Assembly: GCA_963803435.1 (NCBI GenBank)
Contig: CAWDML010000007.1
Location: 535,167 to 599,166, forward strand
DNA length: 64,000 nt
Reading direction: 5' to 3'
Source: an uncultured delta proteobacterium
GTDB lineage: Bacteria > Myxococcota > Kuafuiibacteriia > Kuafuiibacteriales > Kuafuiibacteriaceae
The notes under the pieces were generated by a model, which did no database searches, was not told the DNA's origin, and saw nothing but the letters and a program-made list of their open reading frames with translations. Position numbers and translations under genes: made by a program. Every line of letters begins with the position of its first letter. The first letter of the stretch is position 1. Positions 35,353-44,900 of the stretch are shown here, in pieces.

Positions 35353-36660
35353 TCAGATCAACGGCAGCCTGGAGTCCGCGACCGCCTCGACCGCCAGCAG
35401 CACGTCGGGATGCTCCGCCGCCAGCGCCTTGAAGTCTGCGACGGAGATCTCCAGCGCGAAGAGCTGCCCCGGCGAGGCGACCGTCGCCACCGCCGGCTCG
35501 GCCGAGAGGAGGGACATCTCACCGCAGAGCTCACCGGGTCCGAGGATCGCCAGCTCGCGGCCGTCGCGGGTCACGCGGGCCTGTCCCGCCAGGATGATGA
35601 TCAGCCCTCGCGCTTCCTGTCCCTGCTCGATCAACACGGCCGGGTGGCGGGACTCGAGGAAGCGAAAGCGGTCGGTCAGCTCGCGGCGCTTCGCATACGG
35701 GAAGCGCTCGAACAGCGGGTTGGTGCGGATCAAGGTATCGACGAGACGGTCGCGCAGGAACCAGAGGAGGACCGTCATGACCTCCGGGTCCTCGTAGATC
35801 AGCTCGCTCACCGCGTGCCGATCGATCTCGATCAGCGTGGTCTCGGCGACCGCCCGAACCGTCGCGGTGCGGGGATGATCCGTGATCAGCGCGATCTCAC
35901 CGAAGAACTCGCCTTCGTCGAGACGGCCCAGGACACGCGGCGGATCCTGCTGGAGCTGGACCTCGACCGCGCCGTCGGAGATCACGAAGAAGGACTCGCC
36001 CCGATCGCCCTGCCGGAAGACGGCGTCGCCCGGGGAGAGCGAGCGCACGTGGAGCCGGTCGATCAAGCGGCGGAAGCTGTCCTCGCGGAGCGCGGCGAAG
36101 AACGGCGTGAGCGGAAAGGTACCCACGATCTCAGCGGGAGTCGCTCGGTCGGTGTCGGCGAGGGCGTCGAACGCGCGGTCGACCTCGGCGTCGCTGATGA
36201 TCCGGATGGCGCTGATCGCTTCGTCGCTCTCGAGACCGAGCACGCGGGCGATCGACATCTCGCTGATCGGGACACCGTCCTCGATCTCGGCGCGGATGGG
36301 GACGGAGCGAACCTCGATCTTCGGCTTCGGATGACCAGCCTCGCGCAGGCGGGGATGCAGGCGCCCGAGCCGGGAGACCACCTCGGGATCTTTCGGATCG
36401 AGATCGAGCATGCGCTTGCACATGACGATCGCCTGCATCACCTCGCCGGCGGCTGCGTAGCGATCGGCGGCGCGCATGAGGGCCTGCTGCTGTTGGGCGC
36501 GCTGCCCGGTGCTGCGGTAAACGTCGGCGATCCGTCGCGGCCAGAGGCCCTCCTGAGGCTCCTCGATCTGGAGCTGCTCGAGCGCCTCGAGCCCGGCACG
36601 GACATCGGCCCGGGCCAGGGCGTCATCAGCGCGGGCGCGGAGCTGATCGAGCCGGTTCAC
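35353..36660 (-). CDS. TPR-like plus two cyclic-nucleotide-binding domains
   Basis: VFRQGD..FFVI..G, GEFFGEIAL...PRTATVRA; second GELCGEMSLL..ATV. Confidence 0.85.
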   Translation of the reverse strand: MNRLDQLRARADDALARADVRAGLEALEQLQIEEPQEGLWPRRIADVYRSTGQRAQQQQALMRAADRYAAAGEVMQAIVMCKRMLDLDPKDPEVVSRLGRLHPRLREAGHPKPKIEVRSVPIRAEIEDGVPISEMSIARVLGLESDEAISAIRIISDAEVDRAFDALADTDRATPAEIVGTFPLTPFFAALREDSFRRLIDRLHVRSLSPGDAVFRQGDRGESFFVISDGAVEVQLQQDPPRVLGRLDEGEFFGEIALITDHPRTATVRAVAETTLIEIDRHAVSELIYEDPEVMTVLLWFLRDRLVDTLIRTNPLFERFPYAKRRELTDRFRFLESRHPAVLIEQGQEARGLIIILAGQARVTRDGRELAILGPGELCGEMSLLSAEPAVATVASPGQLFALEISVADFKALAAEHPDVLLAVEAVADSRLPLI

Positions 36661-38224
36661 TCATTGGCTCACGAAGTAGAACGCCACCAGACCGCCGATC
36701 ATCGCCAGCGCCAGGAGCGCGAAGAGGAGGCCCCGGGAGGTGGAGGTTCTCGGCGGGACGGTGATCGCGTCCTGCGACGGATCCATGTTCTCGGGCCAGA
36801 GCTTGGGGGGCACGACCACCGGCGGCGCCACCACCTTGGGGGGATCGGGCGGAGCCACGACCTCCTCCACCGGCGCCTCGAAGTTCACCATCAGGTCCGG
36901 GGTCCGCGGCGGGCGCGCCTCCGGAGGCTTCTTCATCGGCGGCGGCGGTGGCCGCGGGTCCAGCGTGCGGATCGGCTGCGGCGGCGGCGTCGGCGTCGGT
37001 CGCGACGCCTTCGGTTGCTCGAGCGGCGGGAGCGGCACGGGGTGGACGCTCTCGCCGTCCTGGCTTCGCGGGGGGACCGCGGGCCTGGAGACCTTCCCGC
37101 TCTCGCTGTCCTGGCTTCGCGAGAGGACGTCCGGCCTGGAGACCTTCCCGCTCTCGCCGTCCGGGCTTCGCGCGACGACGTCCGGCCTCGAGGCCTTGAG
37201 GCGTGCGGGCGTAGGCGGCGGACGGCGCGCGGGCGGCGGCGCGGGCGGCGGCGCGGCCGGGACGGGGCGCCTCGGCGACTCCTTCCTCGGCGCCGCGGGC
37301 GGGAGCGGGATCGCGAGATTGGACGAGACCGAGGCGGATGGCGGCGGCGGAAACCGCGGCGGCGGGGGGTGAGATCCGCGTGCGGGATTCGGCGTCACCG
37401 GCTCGGAGTCCTCCAGCTCGGGCTTGGGCTTCGGCTTCGGCTTGGGCTCCGGCTTGACGGTGGGCTCCGGCTTGACGGCGGGCTCCGGCTCGACCTCGAG
37501 CTCGACCTCGGCCGCCGCACCCGGCTCGTCGTCGACCTCGACCTCGACCTCGATCCCGACCCGTCTCGGCCGTCTCGCTGACCGGAGGTGTCAGGACCTT
37601 CGCGGCAAGCGGCGGAGTCGCCGGCATCACCTTCGGCGGGAGCGGCTCCGACTCACCATCCGCCAGCGGGATCTCGACGACCGGCTCGTCCTTCTTCTTC
37701 TCGTCGCTGGTCACCTCGGCGAGCGCAGCTTCGAAGTCGAGCTGCTCGTCGATGGTCGGATGGTCCGGATCCGTGCCGCGCCGCGCTGCCTGCTCCTCGC
37801 GCTGGCGCATGCGTTGGTTCAGCTGCTCCTTGAACGAGAGCGGCATCTGGCTGATCTGATTGCTGCCGGTGAGCATCTCCACCAGCGTCAGCAGCTCCTG
37901 CGACCCGAAGGGCTTGTTCACGTAGCCGTCGAGGTCGGTCTCGTCGGCGCGGCTCTCGTCGGGACCGTCCTGGCAGGCGAGCAACAGGATCGGAACGTCT
38001 TCGTTCTTCGCGATGGCTTTGATCTTCGAACCGAACGCGTACCCGTCCATGTCGATCATGCGTTCATCGACGAGGATCAGATCGGGCGTATGCGTCCGCA
38101 TCCATGCGAGCCCCGCGTTTCCGTTCTCCTTGGAGACGACGCGGTATTCGCTTCCTTCGAAAATCAGCTCGACGGCAGTCCGAATCGTTAGGCTGTCGTC
38201 GACGACGAGAAGTACTTTTCCCAC
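36661..38224 (-). CDS. Response regulator receiver + long Pro-rich linker + C-terminal TM (frameshift near 37560)
   Basis: LLVVDDS, DLILVD, MDGY, KPF in ORF 36626..38224; Pro-rich part and TM continue in ORF 36661..37398. Confidence 0.75.
37047..37197. repeat. 51-bp tandem repeat, about 3 copies, in frame
   Basis: cgctctcgc[c/t]gtcc[t/g]ggcttcgcg starts at 37047, 37098, 37149; encodes SRPxVxxRSxDxES on minus strand. Confidence 0.9.
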
Positions 38225-38428
38225 GTCTTCTCCGGCGGTTCGCGCGGGCGAGTATGACTCCGCTCTTTCGGCGTCGCCAGGTCACACTGGCAACGGAAAG
38301 GTTGTACATCTACCACCCGCTCTTCGCTGTCTCCCACGAATTCGCGAGGCGTTCAAGTTTGTGGGGCAGCTACAGCGCGCCTCCACTTGGATGTATAACG
38401 CTGGCTCCTCCACAGGGCGGCAAAAAGC

Positions 38429-39913
38429 ATGAGCTTCTTCTCGAGACTGTTCGGCAGATCGAAACCTCAAGAATCGACCGAAGAAACGCCACGAACCCAA
38501 GAGAACGGGAAACCAAACGGCAAGGTGCCGCCGGCGAAGCCATCACCGATCAGCGATGAGCGAGTGAAGCAGATCGAGGCACGCGCGCGGCAAGATGTGC
38601 CGGCCACCAAGCCGATCGTCGAGAAGCCGAAGCCGCAGGCGCCACCGCCCCCGGTGCTCGCGGCGACCGCCGCGGCCCCGATGGCGGCCGCCCAGGTCCG
38701 CCCTCAGGAGCCTCCACCTCCTCGCGCGGCGCCACCGCCCGCGCCCACGCCGTCCGGCGATGCAAGCCAGCCTGCAGCGAAGCGCCCCACCTCGGGCCTC
38801 TTCAAGAAGCAGAAGCGGTCCAACTCGACCGGCGGCAAGCTGGAGGCGATCCCGAGCGCCGGCCTCGGGGCGGGCCCGCCCGTCCAGCCTGCGATTGCCA
38901 TCCCCGTCTCCGTCAGCCCGACGCCCACCCCGGCAGCGACCGAATCGGGCAAAGACGGCCACGACGCCGGCGTTCTGGAGGCGCTGCTCGGCAACCTCGA
39001 CAAGAGCTTCGACGCCATCCTCGCAGATCGATCCGAGTCGAGCTCGCCTGGATTCGACGCCGAGCCGAACACGGACGACTTCGACCGCCTCTCCGTCCTC
39101 GAGCTGTTCTTCGACATCGCGACCAATCACCTGCGCCCGGTGCGCAACTTCATGATCGAGCTTCACCTCGGCGACGTCCGGAAGGAGTGGGTTCAGATCG
39201 CGCAGCCGGCAGTGAAGAGCATCCAGAGCGCGGCCGAGCAGATCGACATCCCCGACCTCAAGCGGGCGCTCGACGACTTCGATGCCCTCCTGAGCCTCGC
39301 CACCGAGTCGCCGGGAGACACGATCGCCGGTGAGCTCCGCGAGGAGATGATCAACCACTATCGGCTGCTCCAATCGATCATGCCGCAGGCGTTCACGCTG
39401 CAGGAGGAGCGCGACCAGCGCGAGTCGCTGATCATCCACTCGCTGCTGATGCAGGTGCCAGACGTTCGCAAGGTCACGATCGACAGGCTGTACCGGGCGG
39501 GCCTGAGCGCGCTCGAGGTGCTCTTCCTCGCGACCACCGACGACCTCGCGGCCACCACGGGCATCCGCAAGATCCTGGCGCAGCGGATCGTCGACAAGTT
39601 CCAACTGTTCCGTCGGGAGTCCCGCGACTCGGTCCCCGACGCCGAGCAGTCGGCGCAGCGGAACAAGCTCCAGGAGCTGATCGCCGCGCTGCAGGATCAG
39701 CAGGCGAACTACGATCGGGCCACCGCCAAGCGATCGATCGAGGAGAAGCGCGCACACCGTCTCGCCCGGCAAGGGATCCTGCTCGAGATCACCGTGGTGC
39801 TCGCGCAGCTCGGCGAGGTGGAGCTCGTAGAGCAGCTGGAGCGGCTGCCGTTCGAGAAGCGGATCGACCGGCTCAAGACCTACCTCGAAGAGCTCGAGAC
39901 CAAGAAAGGCTAG
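38429..39913 (+). CDS. Hypothetical protein: Pro-rich N-terminus, helical C-terminus with HhH-like motif
   Basis: MSFFSRLFG amphipathic start; VPDVRKVTIDRLYRAGL...TTGIRKILAQRI. Confidence 0.7.
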   Translation: MSFFSRLFGRSKPQESTEETPRTQENGKPNGKVPPAKPSPISDERVKQIEARARQDVPATKPIVEKPKPQAPPPPVLAATAAAPMAAAQVRPQEPPPPRAAPPPAPTPSGDASQPAAKRPTSGLFKKQKRSNSTGGKLEAIPSAGLGAGPPVQPAIAIPVSVSPTPTPAATESGKDGHDAGVLEALLGNLDKSFDAILADRSESSSPGFDAEPNTDDFDRLSVLELFFDIATNHLRPVRNFMIELHLGDVRKEWVQIAQPAVKSIQSAAEQIDIPDLKRALDDFDALLSLATESPGDTIAGELREEMINHYRLLQSIMPQAFTLQEERDQRESLIIHSLLMQVPDVRKVTIDRLYRAGLSALEVLFLATTDDLAATTGIRKILAQRIVDKFQLFRRESRDSVPDAEQSAQRNKLQELIAALQDQQANYDRATAKRSIEEKRAHRLARQGILLEITVVLAQLGEVELVEQLERLPFEKRIDRLKTYLEELETKKG

Positions 39914-39935
39914 AAGGAGGGGCGATCAGAAGGGT

Positions 39936-41181
39936 ATGGCAGATTTCACCAGAGAACAGTTATTGGAGGCCGCCAAGAAGGGCGATCGGCTCGACCGGGC
40001 CGATCTCAGCGGGCTGGACCTCTCGGGCGTCGACCTCCGCGGCGTGAACCTGCGGCGCTCCGAGCTCGAAGGGACCATCCTCGAGAAGGCGAACCTTTCG
40101 AAGGCCGATTCTCTCGAACACGAGCCTGGTCGAGGCCTTCCTCGTCGAGGCGAACCTCTCCGGTGCCAACCTCGAAAAGGCCGATCTCGAGTGCGCGAAC
40201 CTCAAGAACGCGAACCTCGAAGGCGCGCTCCTGATGCGAGCGAACCTCGAGGGCGCGGAGCTCGAAGGCGCGAACTTGAGAGGGGCGACGCTGAGCGCGG
40301 CACAGATGGACTCGGCAAACCTGGGCGGTGCCGACCTCTCCGGCGCGACCATCATTCACGCGGATCTCAAGGAGTCGTACTTCGGCGGCGCAAAGCTGAT
40401 CGGGGCTGACCTCCGGGGCTCCACGCTGACGGCAGCGAACGTCGAGGAGGCCGACCTCACGGAGGCGAACCTCGACGACGCGGACCTGCGGAAGCTGATC
40501 ACCGTGGGGGCCAAGATGGTGCGCGCGAGCCTGCGGGGCGCAAACCTCAGCGCGGTCGAGATCGCGAACGTGGATCTGGCGCAGGCGGACCTGCGCAAGG
40601 CGGATCTACGTCGGGCCAACCTCAAGGAGGTGCGGCTGACCGGCGCGAAGGTCTACGCGATCCAGACGGACGACGCCAACTTCAGCCAGATCAAGGCGGA
40701 CTGGGTCGACGGCAGCCCGGAGGGTGACGGGTCGCAGCGCTTGACGGGCGAGCAGATCGCCGCCGCGCTGTCTGGGAAGGTGGCGCCGATCAGCGCCGCG
40801 TCGGTACCGGGGCGTCGCTATTTCGGCAGGGGTGACGTGCTGCGCGATGCCAGCCTCGAGTTCGGCGAGAACGCCTTCGTCGAGATCGAGAGCCGATTCG
40901 AGAAGTGCGCCATCGTGTTGGGCCACAACGCGCAGCTCGTCATTGCGAGGGATGGCGTGCTCAAGGACTGCAACGTGTCCGGTGCCGGGACGATCACCGT
41001 GCACGGTTACTTCTCGGAGGGACGAGCGCCGGGCCTGAAGGGGCCGTCGACGCTGGTGGTGAGCTCGGTCGGCTCCGTCGTCTCTTCGATCGAACAGGCA
41101 GACGGCCAGACCGCCTTCGCGTTTGAACCGGGGTGCCGGCTCCGCTTGAAAATCAAGGAAGCCGCTAGCAGCGGAAAATGA
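39936..41181 (+). CDS. Pentapeptide-repeat protein with distinct beta-rich C-terminal domain (frameshift near 40105)
   Basis: A[DN]L[SR]G repeats across ORFs 39936..40409 and 40234..41181. Confidence 0.85.
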
Positions 41182-41711
41182 GAGAGAAGAGATCCATGCA
41201 AGAGTCCAAAATCCAGCCGGCGACAACCGAGACGAGCAGTCCTCCGTCGACGCAGGAACAGAAGAAGCAGCGCGCAACGCTGGTTGAAGAAGGCACCGAG
41301 TTCAAGGGCGAGCTCACCTCGAACTGCCCGCTGGTCATCCGCGGCAAGGTCGAGGGTTCGATCAAGGCGCCGGCGATCACGATCGCGCGATCAGGTACGC
41401 TCACGGGCACTGCCAAGATCGGTCAGCTCCTCTCCGAGGGCGAGCTCTCCGGAGAGTTCGAGGCCGACGCGGTCCGGCTCGCCGGCAGGGTCGGCAACAA
41501 CACGACGATCCGGGCCCGTTCGCTCGAGGCGAAGCTGGCTGCCAAGGACAAGGGCGGCCTCCAGGTGACCTTCGGCGAGTGCACGCTCGAGGTCGGCGAG
41601 GAACCGGCCGAGCCCTTCGGCGCCGGCGACGCCAAGAACGGCGCGGCGGCGCTGGACAGGGTCGACGCCAAGAAGGACGACAAGTCGCCCGGCGGCAAGC
41701 CGAAGAAGTGA
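41178..41711 (+). CDS. Bactofilin (polymer-forming cytoskeletal protein)
   Basis: TLVEEGTEFKGEL...LVIRGKVEGSI...SGTLTG...EGELSGE; ATGA overlap with upstream gene. Confidence 0.8.
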   Translation: MREKRSMQESKIQPATTETSSPPSTQEQKKQRATLVEEGTEFKGELTSNCPLVIRGKVEGSIKAPAITIARSGTLTGTAKIGQLLSEGELSGEFEADAVRLAGRVGNNTTIRARSLEAKLAAKDKGGLQVTFGECTLEVGEEPAEPFGAGDAKNGAAALDRVDAKKDDKSPGGKPKK

Positions 41712-41743
41712 CCCGCCCCGGCTCTTGTTGATACGCTGTCGTC

Positions 41744-42511
41744 GTGCGGCTGACAGTCGTCGGCTCTGCGGACGCGTTCAACTCTGCGGGGCGGAGCCAC
41801 TCTTGCTATCTCCTCGAAGGAGACGGCTTCGGACCCCTCATGATCGACTTCGGCGCCACCGCTCTCGTGGCGCTGCGCAAGGCGGGACGCGAGCCCACCG
41901 AGATCCGCGGCTTCGCGATCACCCACGTCCACGGCGATCATCTGGGCGGGTTCCCGTTCCTCCTCATCGACGGAATGTTCAATCAGGTGCGAACCGAGCC
42001 CCTGGCGGTGGTCGGGCCCGTACGCACGCGCGCAAAGATCGATGAGTACCTCGACACGGCCTATCGGGAGGTCGTGCCGCTTCCGCGCCCGTACGCGCTG
42101 GACGTCACCGAGATCGAGCCCGGTCAGGAGGCCGCGCTTGCCGGGGCCGTCGTTCGGGGCTACCCGGCCGTGCACATGGTCCCACCGGATCGCCCGCTGT
42201 CGCTCCGCGTGATCGCTCCGGACGGCCGGTACGTCGCCTTCTCCGGCGACACCGAGATGAACGACGCGCTCCTCGAGGCGGCCGACGGCGCCGAGCTCCT
42301 CGTCGCCGAGTGCACCGGCATGGCGCCGCCCATCGGCCGCCACTGCTCGTGGGTCGAGTGGACGGGCGTGCTTCCCCGGCTGGGCGCGCGGCGCGTGCTG
42401 TTCTCCCACCTCAACGAGGAGGTGCGCCGCAGGTCCGCGGAGCTGGTCGGGACGGCCCCGGTCGGACCGCCCATCCAGTTCGCCGAGGACGGGCTGGTCC
42501 TGGAGCTTTGA
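41744..42511 (+). CDS. MBL-fold metallohydrolase (RNase Z-like)
   Basis: GSADAF, IDFG, THVHGDHLGG, FSGDT, AECT, SHL. Confidence 0.88.
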   Translation: MRLTVVGSADAFNSAGRSHSCYLLEGDGFGPLMIDFGATALVALRKAGREPTEIRGFAITHVHGDHLGGFPFLLIDGMFNQVRTEPLAVVGPVRTRAKIDEYLDTAYREVVPLPRPYALDVTEIEPGQEAALAGAVVRGYPAVHMVPPDRPLSLRVIAPDGRYVAFSGDTEMNDALLEAADGAELLVAECTGMAPPIGRHCSWVEWTGVLPRLGARRVLFSHLNEEVRRRSAELVGTAPVGPPIQFAEDGLVLEL

Positions 42512-42592
42512 CGGGTTTCCGAGGATGACTTGTGAATCCCACCTCGGGCCGGTAGGCTCGATCGCACCACCGTCTTTCCAGGAGGAAACACC

Positions 42593-42802
42593 ATGACGGC
42601 CGTCGGAAAAGCAGTCGGAAAGAGCACTCGGATCGCCTCGCACCGAGGCAGCCTCGTCGATCGTGACCAGCTCGCTTCGAGCGCCCGCAGCCTCACGTCG
42701 CTCGCAGGTACCACAGCGGCGGGCGTCGCAGGATCGTTCACCAAGGGCTTGGCGATGGACGCCCTGGTGAAGTTCGCCAAGGCCGCCATCCTGAAGGTCT
42801 GA
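42593..42802 (+). CDS. Small hypothetical protein
   Basis: Strong AGGAGG RBS before ATG; convergent with WGR gene. Confidence 0.5.
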   Translation: MTAVGKAVGKSTRIASHRGSLVDRDQLASSARSLTSLAGTTAAGVAGSFTKGLAMDALVKFAKAAILKV

Positions 42803-43264
42803 TCAGAGCGCGTCGCGCTTCACGGCGCGGTAGCCGTCGGTCTCCATGGCCTCGCGGATGCGCGTCAACGCTGCCTCGGCGTCGGCGGGTGTCCGGTATT
42901 TCTCCACCACGACGGTGCGGATCGTGGAGCCGTCGGCCGTGAGGCGCAGGTCGATCTTTCGCCCGCCGCCGTCGAGCGCCAGATCGATCACCTTGCTCTT
43001 GGGAGCCGACTTCGGCACCTCGGTCGGCGCATCCTCGGGCGCAGCGCCGCCCTCGTCGAGATAGCCCTTCTTCCGCTTCTGCTCGACGAGCTTCTCCATC
43101 TCTTTCGTGGCCGCCTGCGGAGAGTCGAACTCCTTGAGCTGCGTCTGTCCGTCGGTACCGATGCGTCCCCAGTTCACGTAGAGATCGGTCTTCTCCTTCC
43201 GGGCGCGCCAGAACTTCTTCGACTTCTCGTCGATGAACACCAGATGGACATCCCAATCGCTCAC
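42803..43264 (-). CDS. WGR-domain protein (retron-associated)
   Basis: SKKFW...VNWGRIGTDGQ...F...KRKKGY; GTG start overlaps RT stop (GTGA). Confidence 0.88.
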   Translation of the reverse strand: MSDWDVHLVFIDEKSKKFWRARKEKTDLYVNWGRIGTDGQTQLKEFDSPQAATKEMEKLVEQKRKKGYLDEGGAAPEDAPTEVPKSAPKSKVIDLALDGGGRKIDLRLTADGSTIRTVVVEKYRTPADAEAALTRIREAMETDGYRAVKRDAL

Positions 43265-44565
43265 GGTTCTTCCTCCAATCGATCGAGCCGAACCAGGAAT
43301 GCCTTCCCGCGCTTCGGATCGCACATGTGCACGTAGGCCGCCATCCCGCGGAGTTGTTCGAGGCTCTCGCCGCGGCCGGGGCGGCCCAGCTCTCGGTTCT
43401 TGATGGCGGCGCGGAGCCGCCGGATCGTCGCTCGCGGGACACGTGCCCGCTCGGCGGCGGGGCCATCGCGATTGACCACCAGGCCGGTGACCGTCTGGCG
43501 GCGACCCTTCCGCATCACGCGGGTCTTCTTCCGGTGTACCGTGAAGCCCTCGTCGTGGACGATCGCGTTGACGATCCGGAGCAGCTGCCCGATCGGCGCC
43601 TCCTTCGGCCGGTGCCAGGAGAACGCGAGGTCGTCCGCGTAGCGCGAGTACTGGAACCCGAGCTTCTCGGCCATCTTCGACAGCCGCGTATCGAGCCGTA
43701 GGCAGATCGTGTTCGTGATCGACGGGCTGGTCGGCGCCCCCTGCGGAAGCGAGCGCGGTCCCACGGCCACGTGATACGTCTTTCCCTCGAGCACGAGCTG
43801 CTCGCGCGGGCTTTCGGTCACCAGCAGCGCCAGGATCCCGGCGACCTGCTCGCCGTAGCCGGCCTTCCTGAACATCCCCTTCACGCGCGCCGTGGTGATG
43901 GTTGGATAGAAGTCCTCGAGGTCCAGCTTCACGACCACCTCGGCGCCCACGTGCACGCCCGCGTTCGTGACCGTGCTCCGCCCCCCGAGGAACCCGTGCG
44001 CCGAGCCGTGGACGGGGAGGTGCTCGGTGATCCGCCGTGCGATCCAGGCCTGACAGCGCTTGAGATCGGGCTTCGGCGCGCTGATGAGCCGGGGACGGCC
44101 GTCGCGCTTCGGCACGATCCAGCGATGGTAGTGCGTCCCGGAGTCGACCTCGCGGTGATAGACCAGCCAGCGGAGCCGCGCGATCGTGAGCTCCAGCGCC
44201 TCCGCCAGCGCCTTCACGTCGGAGAGCTTGGGCAGCTCGTTCTGCTCCAGGCGGCCCATCGGATCGTCGACGTCGAACCAATCGATGTCGGGCGTATCGT
44301 GGTGGAAGATCCCGACGCCGACGTGGACCAGGTGGGCCTTCTTGTACTCGGCCCAGGCGTGCTTCTGGAGGATGCGCTTGACGCGCCGCTCCTCCTCCCG
44401 CCGGGCCTTGTATTGCTTCTTGTCCTTGTCGGAGAGCCGCGAGGGATCGGTGCCTTCATCCAGGAGACCGCGCCGACGCAGCTCCGCACGAACCCAGTCA
44501 TCGGTGCCGCCTTCCGAGGCGATTCCGTCCCACCCGGGGAGCTTGGCTTCGAGAGTTTCCGTCAT
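43261..44565 (-). CDS. Retron reverse transcriptase, Mx162-like
   Basis: PKRDG..R.I.AP, AHGF..GRS..TNA..H, KLDLEDFYP, LPQGAPTSP, YSRYADDL, retron region Y VTGLVVN. Confidence 0.96.
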   Translation of the reverse strand: MTETLEAKLPGWDGIASEGGTDDWVRAELRRRGLLDEGTDPSRLSDKDKKQYKARREEERRVKRILQKHAWAEYKKAHLVHVGVGIFHHDTPDIDWFDVDDPMGRLEQNELPKLSDVKALAEALELTIARLRWLVYHREVDSGTHYHRWIVPKRDGRPRLISAPKPDLKRCQAWIARRITEHLPVHGSAHGFLGGRSTVTNAGVHVGAEVVVKLDLEDFYPTITTARVKGMFRKAGYGEQVAGILALLVTESPREQLVLEGKTYHVAVGPRSLPQGAPTSPSITNTICLRLDTRLSKMAEKLGFQYSRYADDLAFSWHRPKEAPIGQLLRIVNAIVHDEGFTVHRKKTRVMRKGRRQTVTGLVVNRDGPAAERARVPRATIRRLRAAIKNRELGRPGRGESLEQLRGMAAYVHMCDPKRGKAFLVRLDRLEEEP

Positions 44566-44573
44566 GGCATCTG

Positions 44574-44884
44574 ATTAGTCAGACGCCGAGATAGTCAGAT
44601 ATGGGAGGAGGAGAAGCCCACGCTACTTTCCTACATGGGACATGGTAGGCTCACCGGCCTGGCCGCCGGAGGGGTGCTCCGTCGCTGGGCCTAAACTACG
44701 GTTGCGTGGTTGGTCCAGGTAGGCCCGCGACGGAGCACCCCTCCGGCGAGCCAGGCCACGCATAGCCTACCTTGTGGAGATTGCCTATCAAATGAGCTCG
44801 GGCGGCGCGACACCACCCAGTGCCGAAGCACAGCTAACGTTAGGCTTCTCCTCCTCAAACTAATGATCTCGGCGTATGACTAAT
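44574..44884 (-). ncRNA. Retron msr-msd ncRNA
   Basis: Nested inverted repeats 44574-44592/44866-44884 (18/19) and 44605-44618/44843-44856 (14/14); msr hairpins 44820-44831 (UUCG loop) and 44800-44818; long msd hairpin 44644-44771; directly upstream of RT. Confidence 0.92.
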
Positions 44885-44899
44885 TCTTCCTCCTGTCAA
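44871..44899 (-). promoter_or_regulatory. Possible sigma70-type promoter for the retron ncRNA
   Basis: Perfect TTGACA (minus strand, 44899-44894) right after upstream stop; -10 at 17-bp spacing is poor (TACGCC). Confidence 0.3.
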
Positions 44900-44900
44900 G

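Noticed and set aside
42803-44281. 492-aa ORF overlapping the RT as an RT-WGR overlap gene
   Set aside because: Only the last 153 codons, from the GTG at 43264, look like protein; the rest is an alternative frame of the RT
43261-44565. Group II intron, DGR or CRISPR-associated RT
   Set aside because: Has the retron VTG motif and an adjacent msr-msd; no maturase/intron domain, TR/VR pair or Cas1 seen
44644-44771. Rho-independent terminator or MITE
   Set aside because: No U-tract, and the stem is nested within a1/a2 repeats as expected for msd
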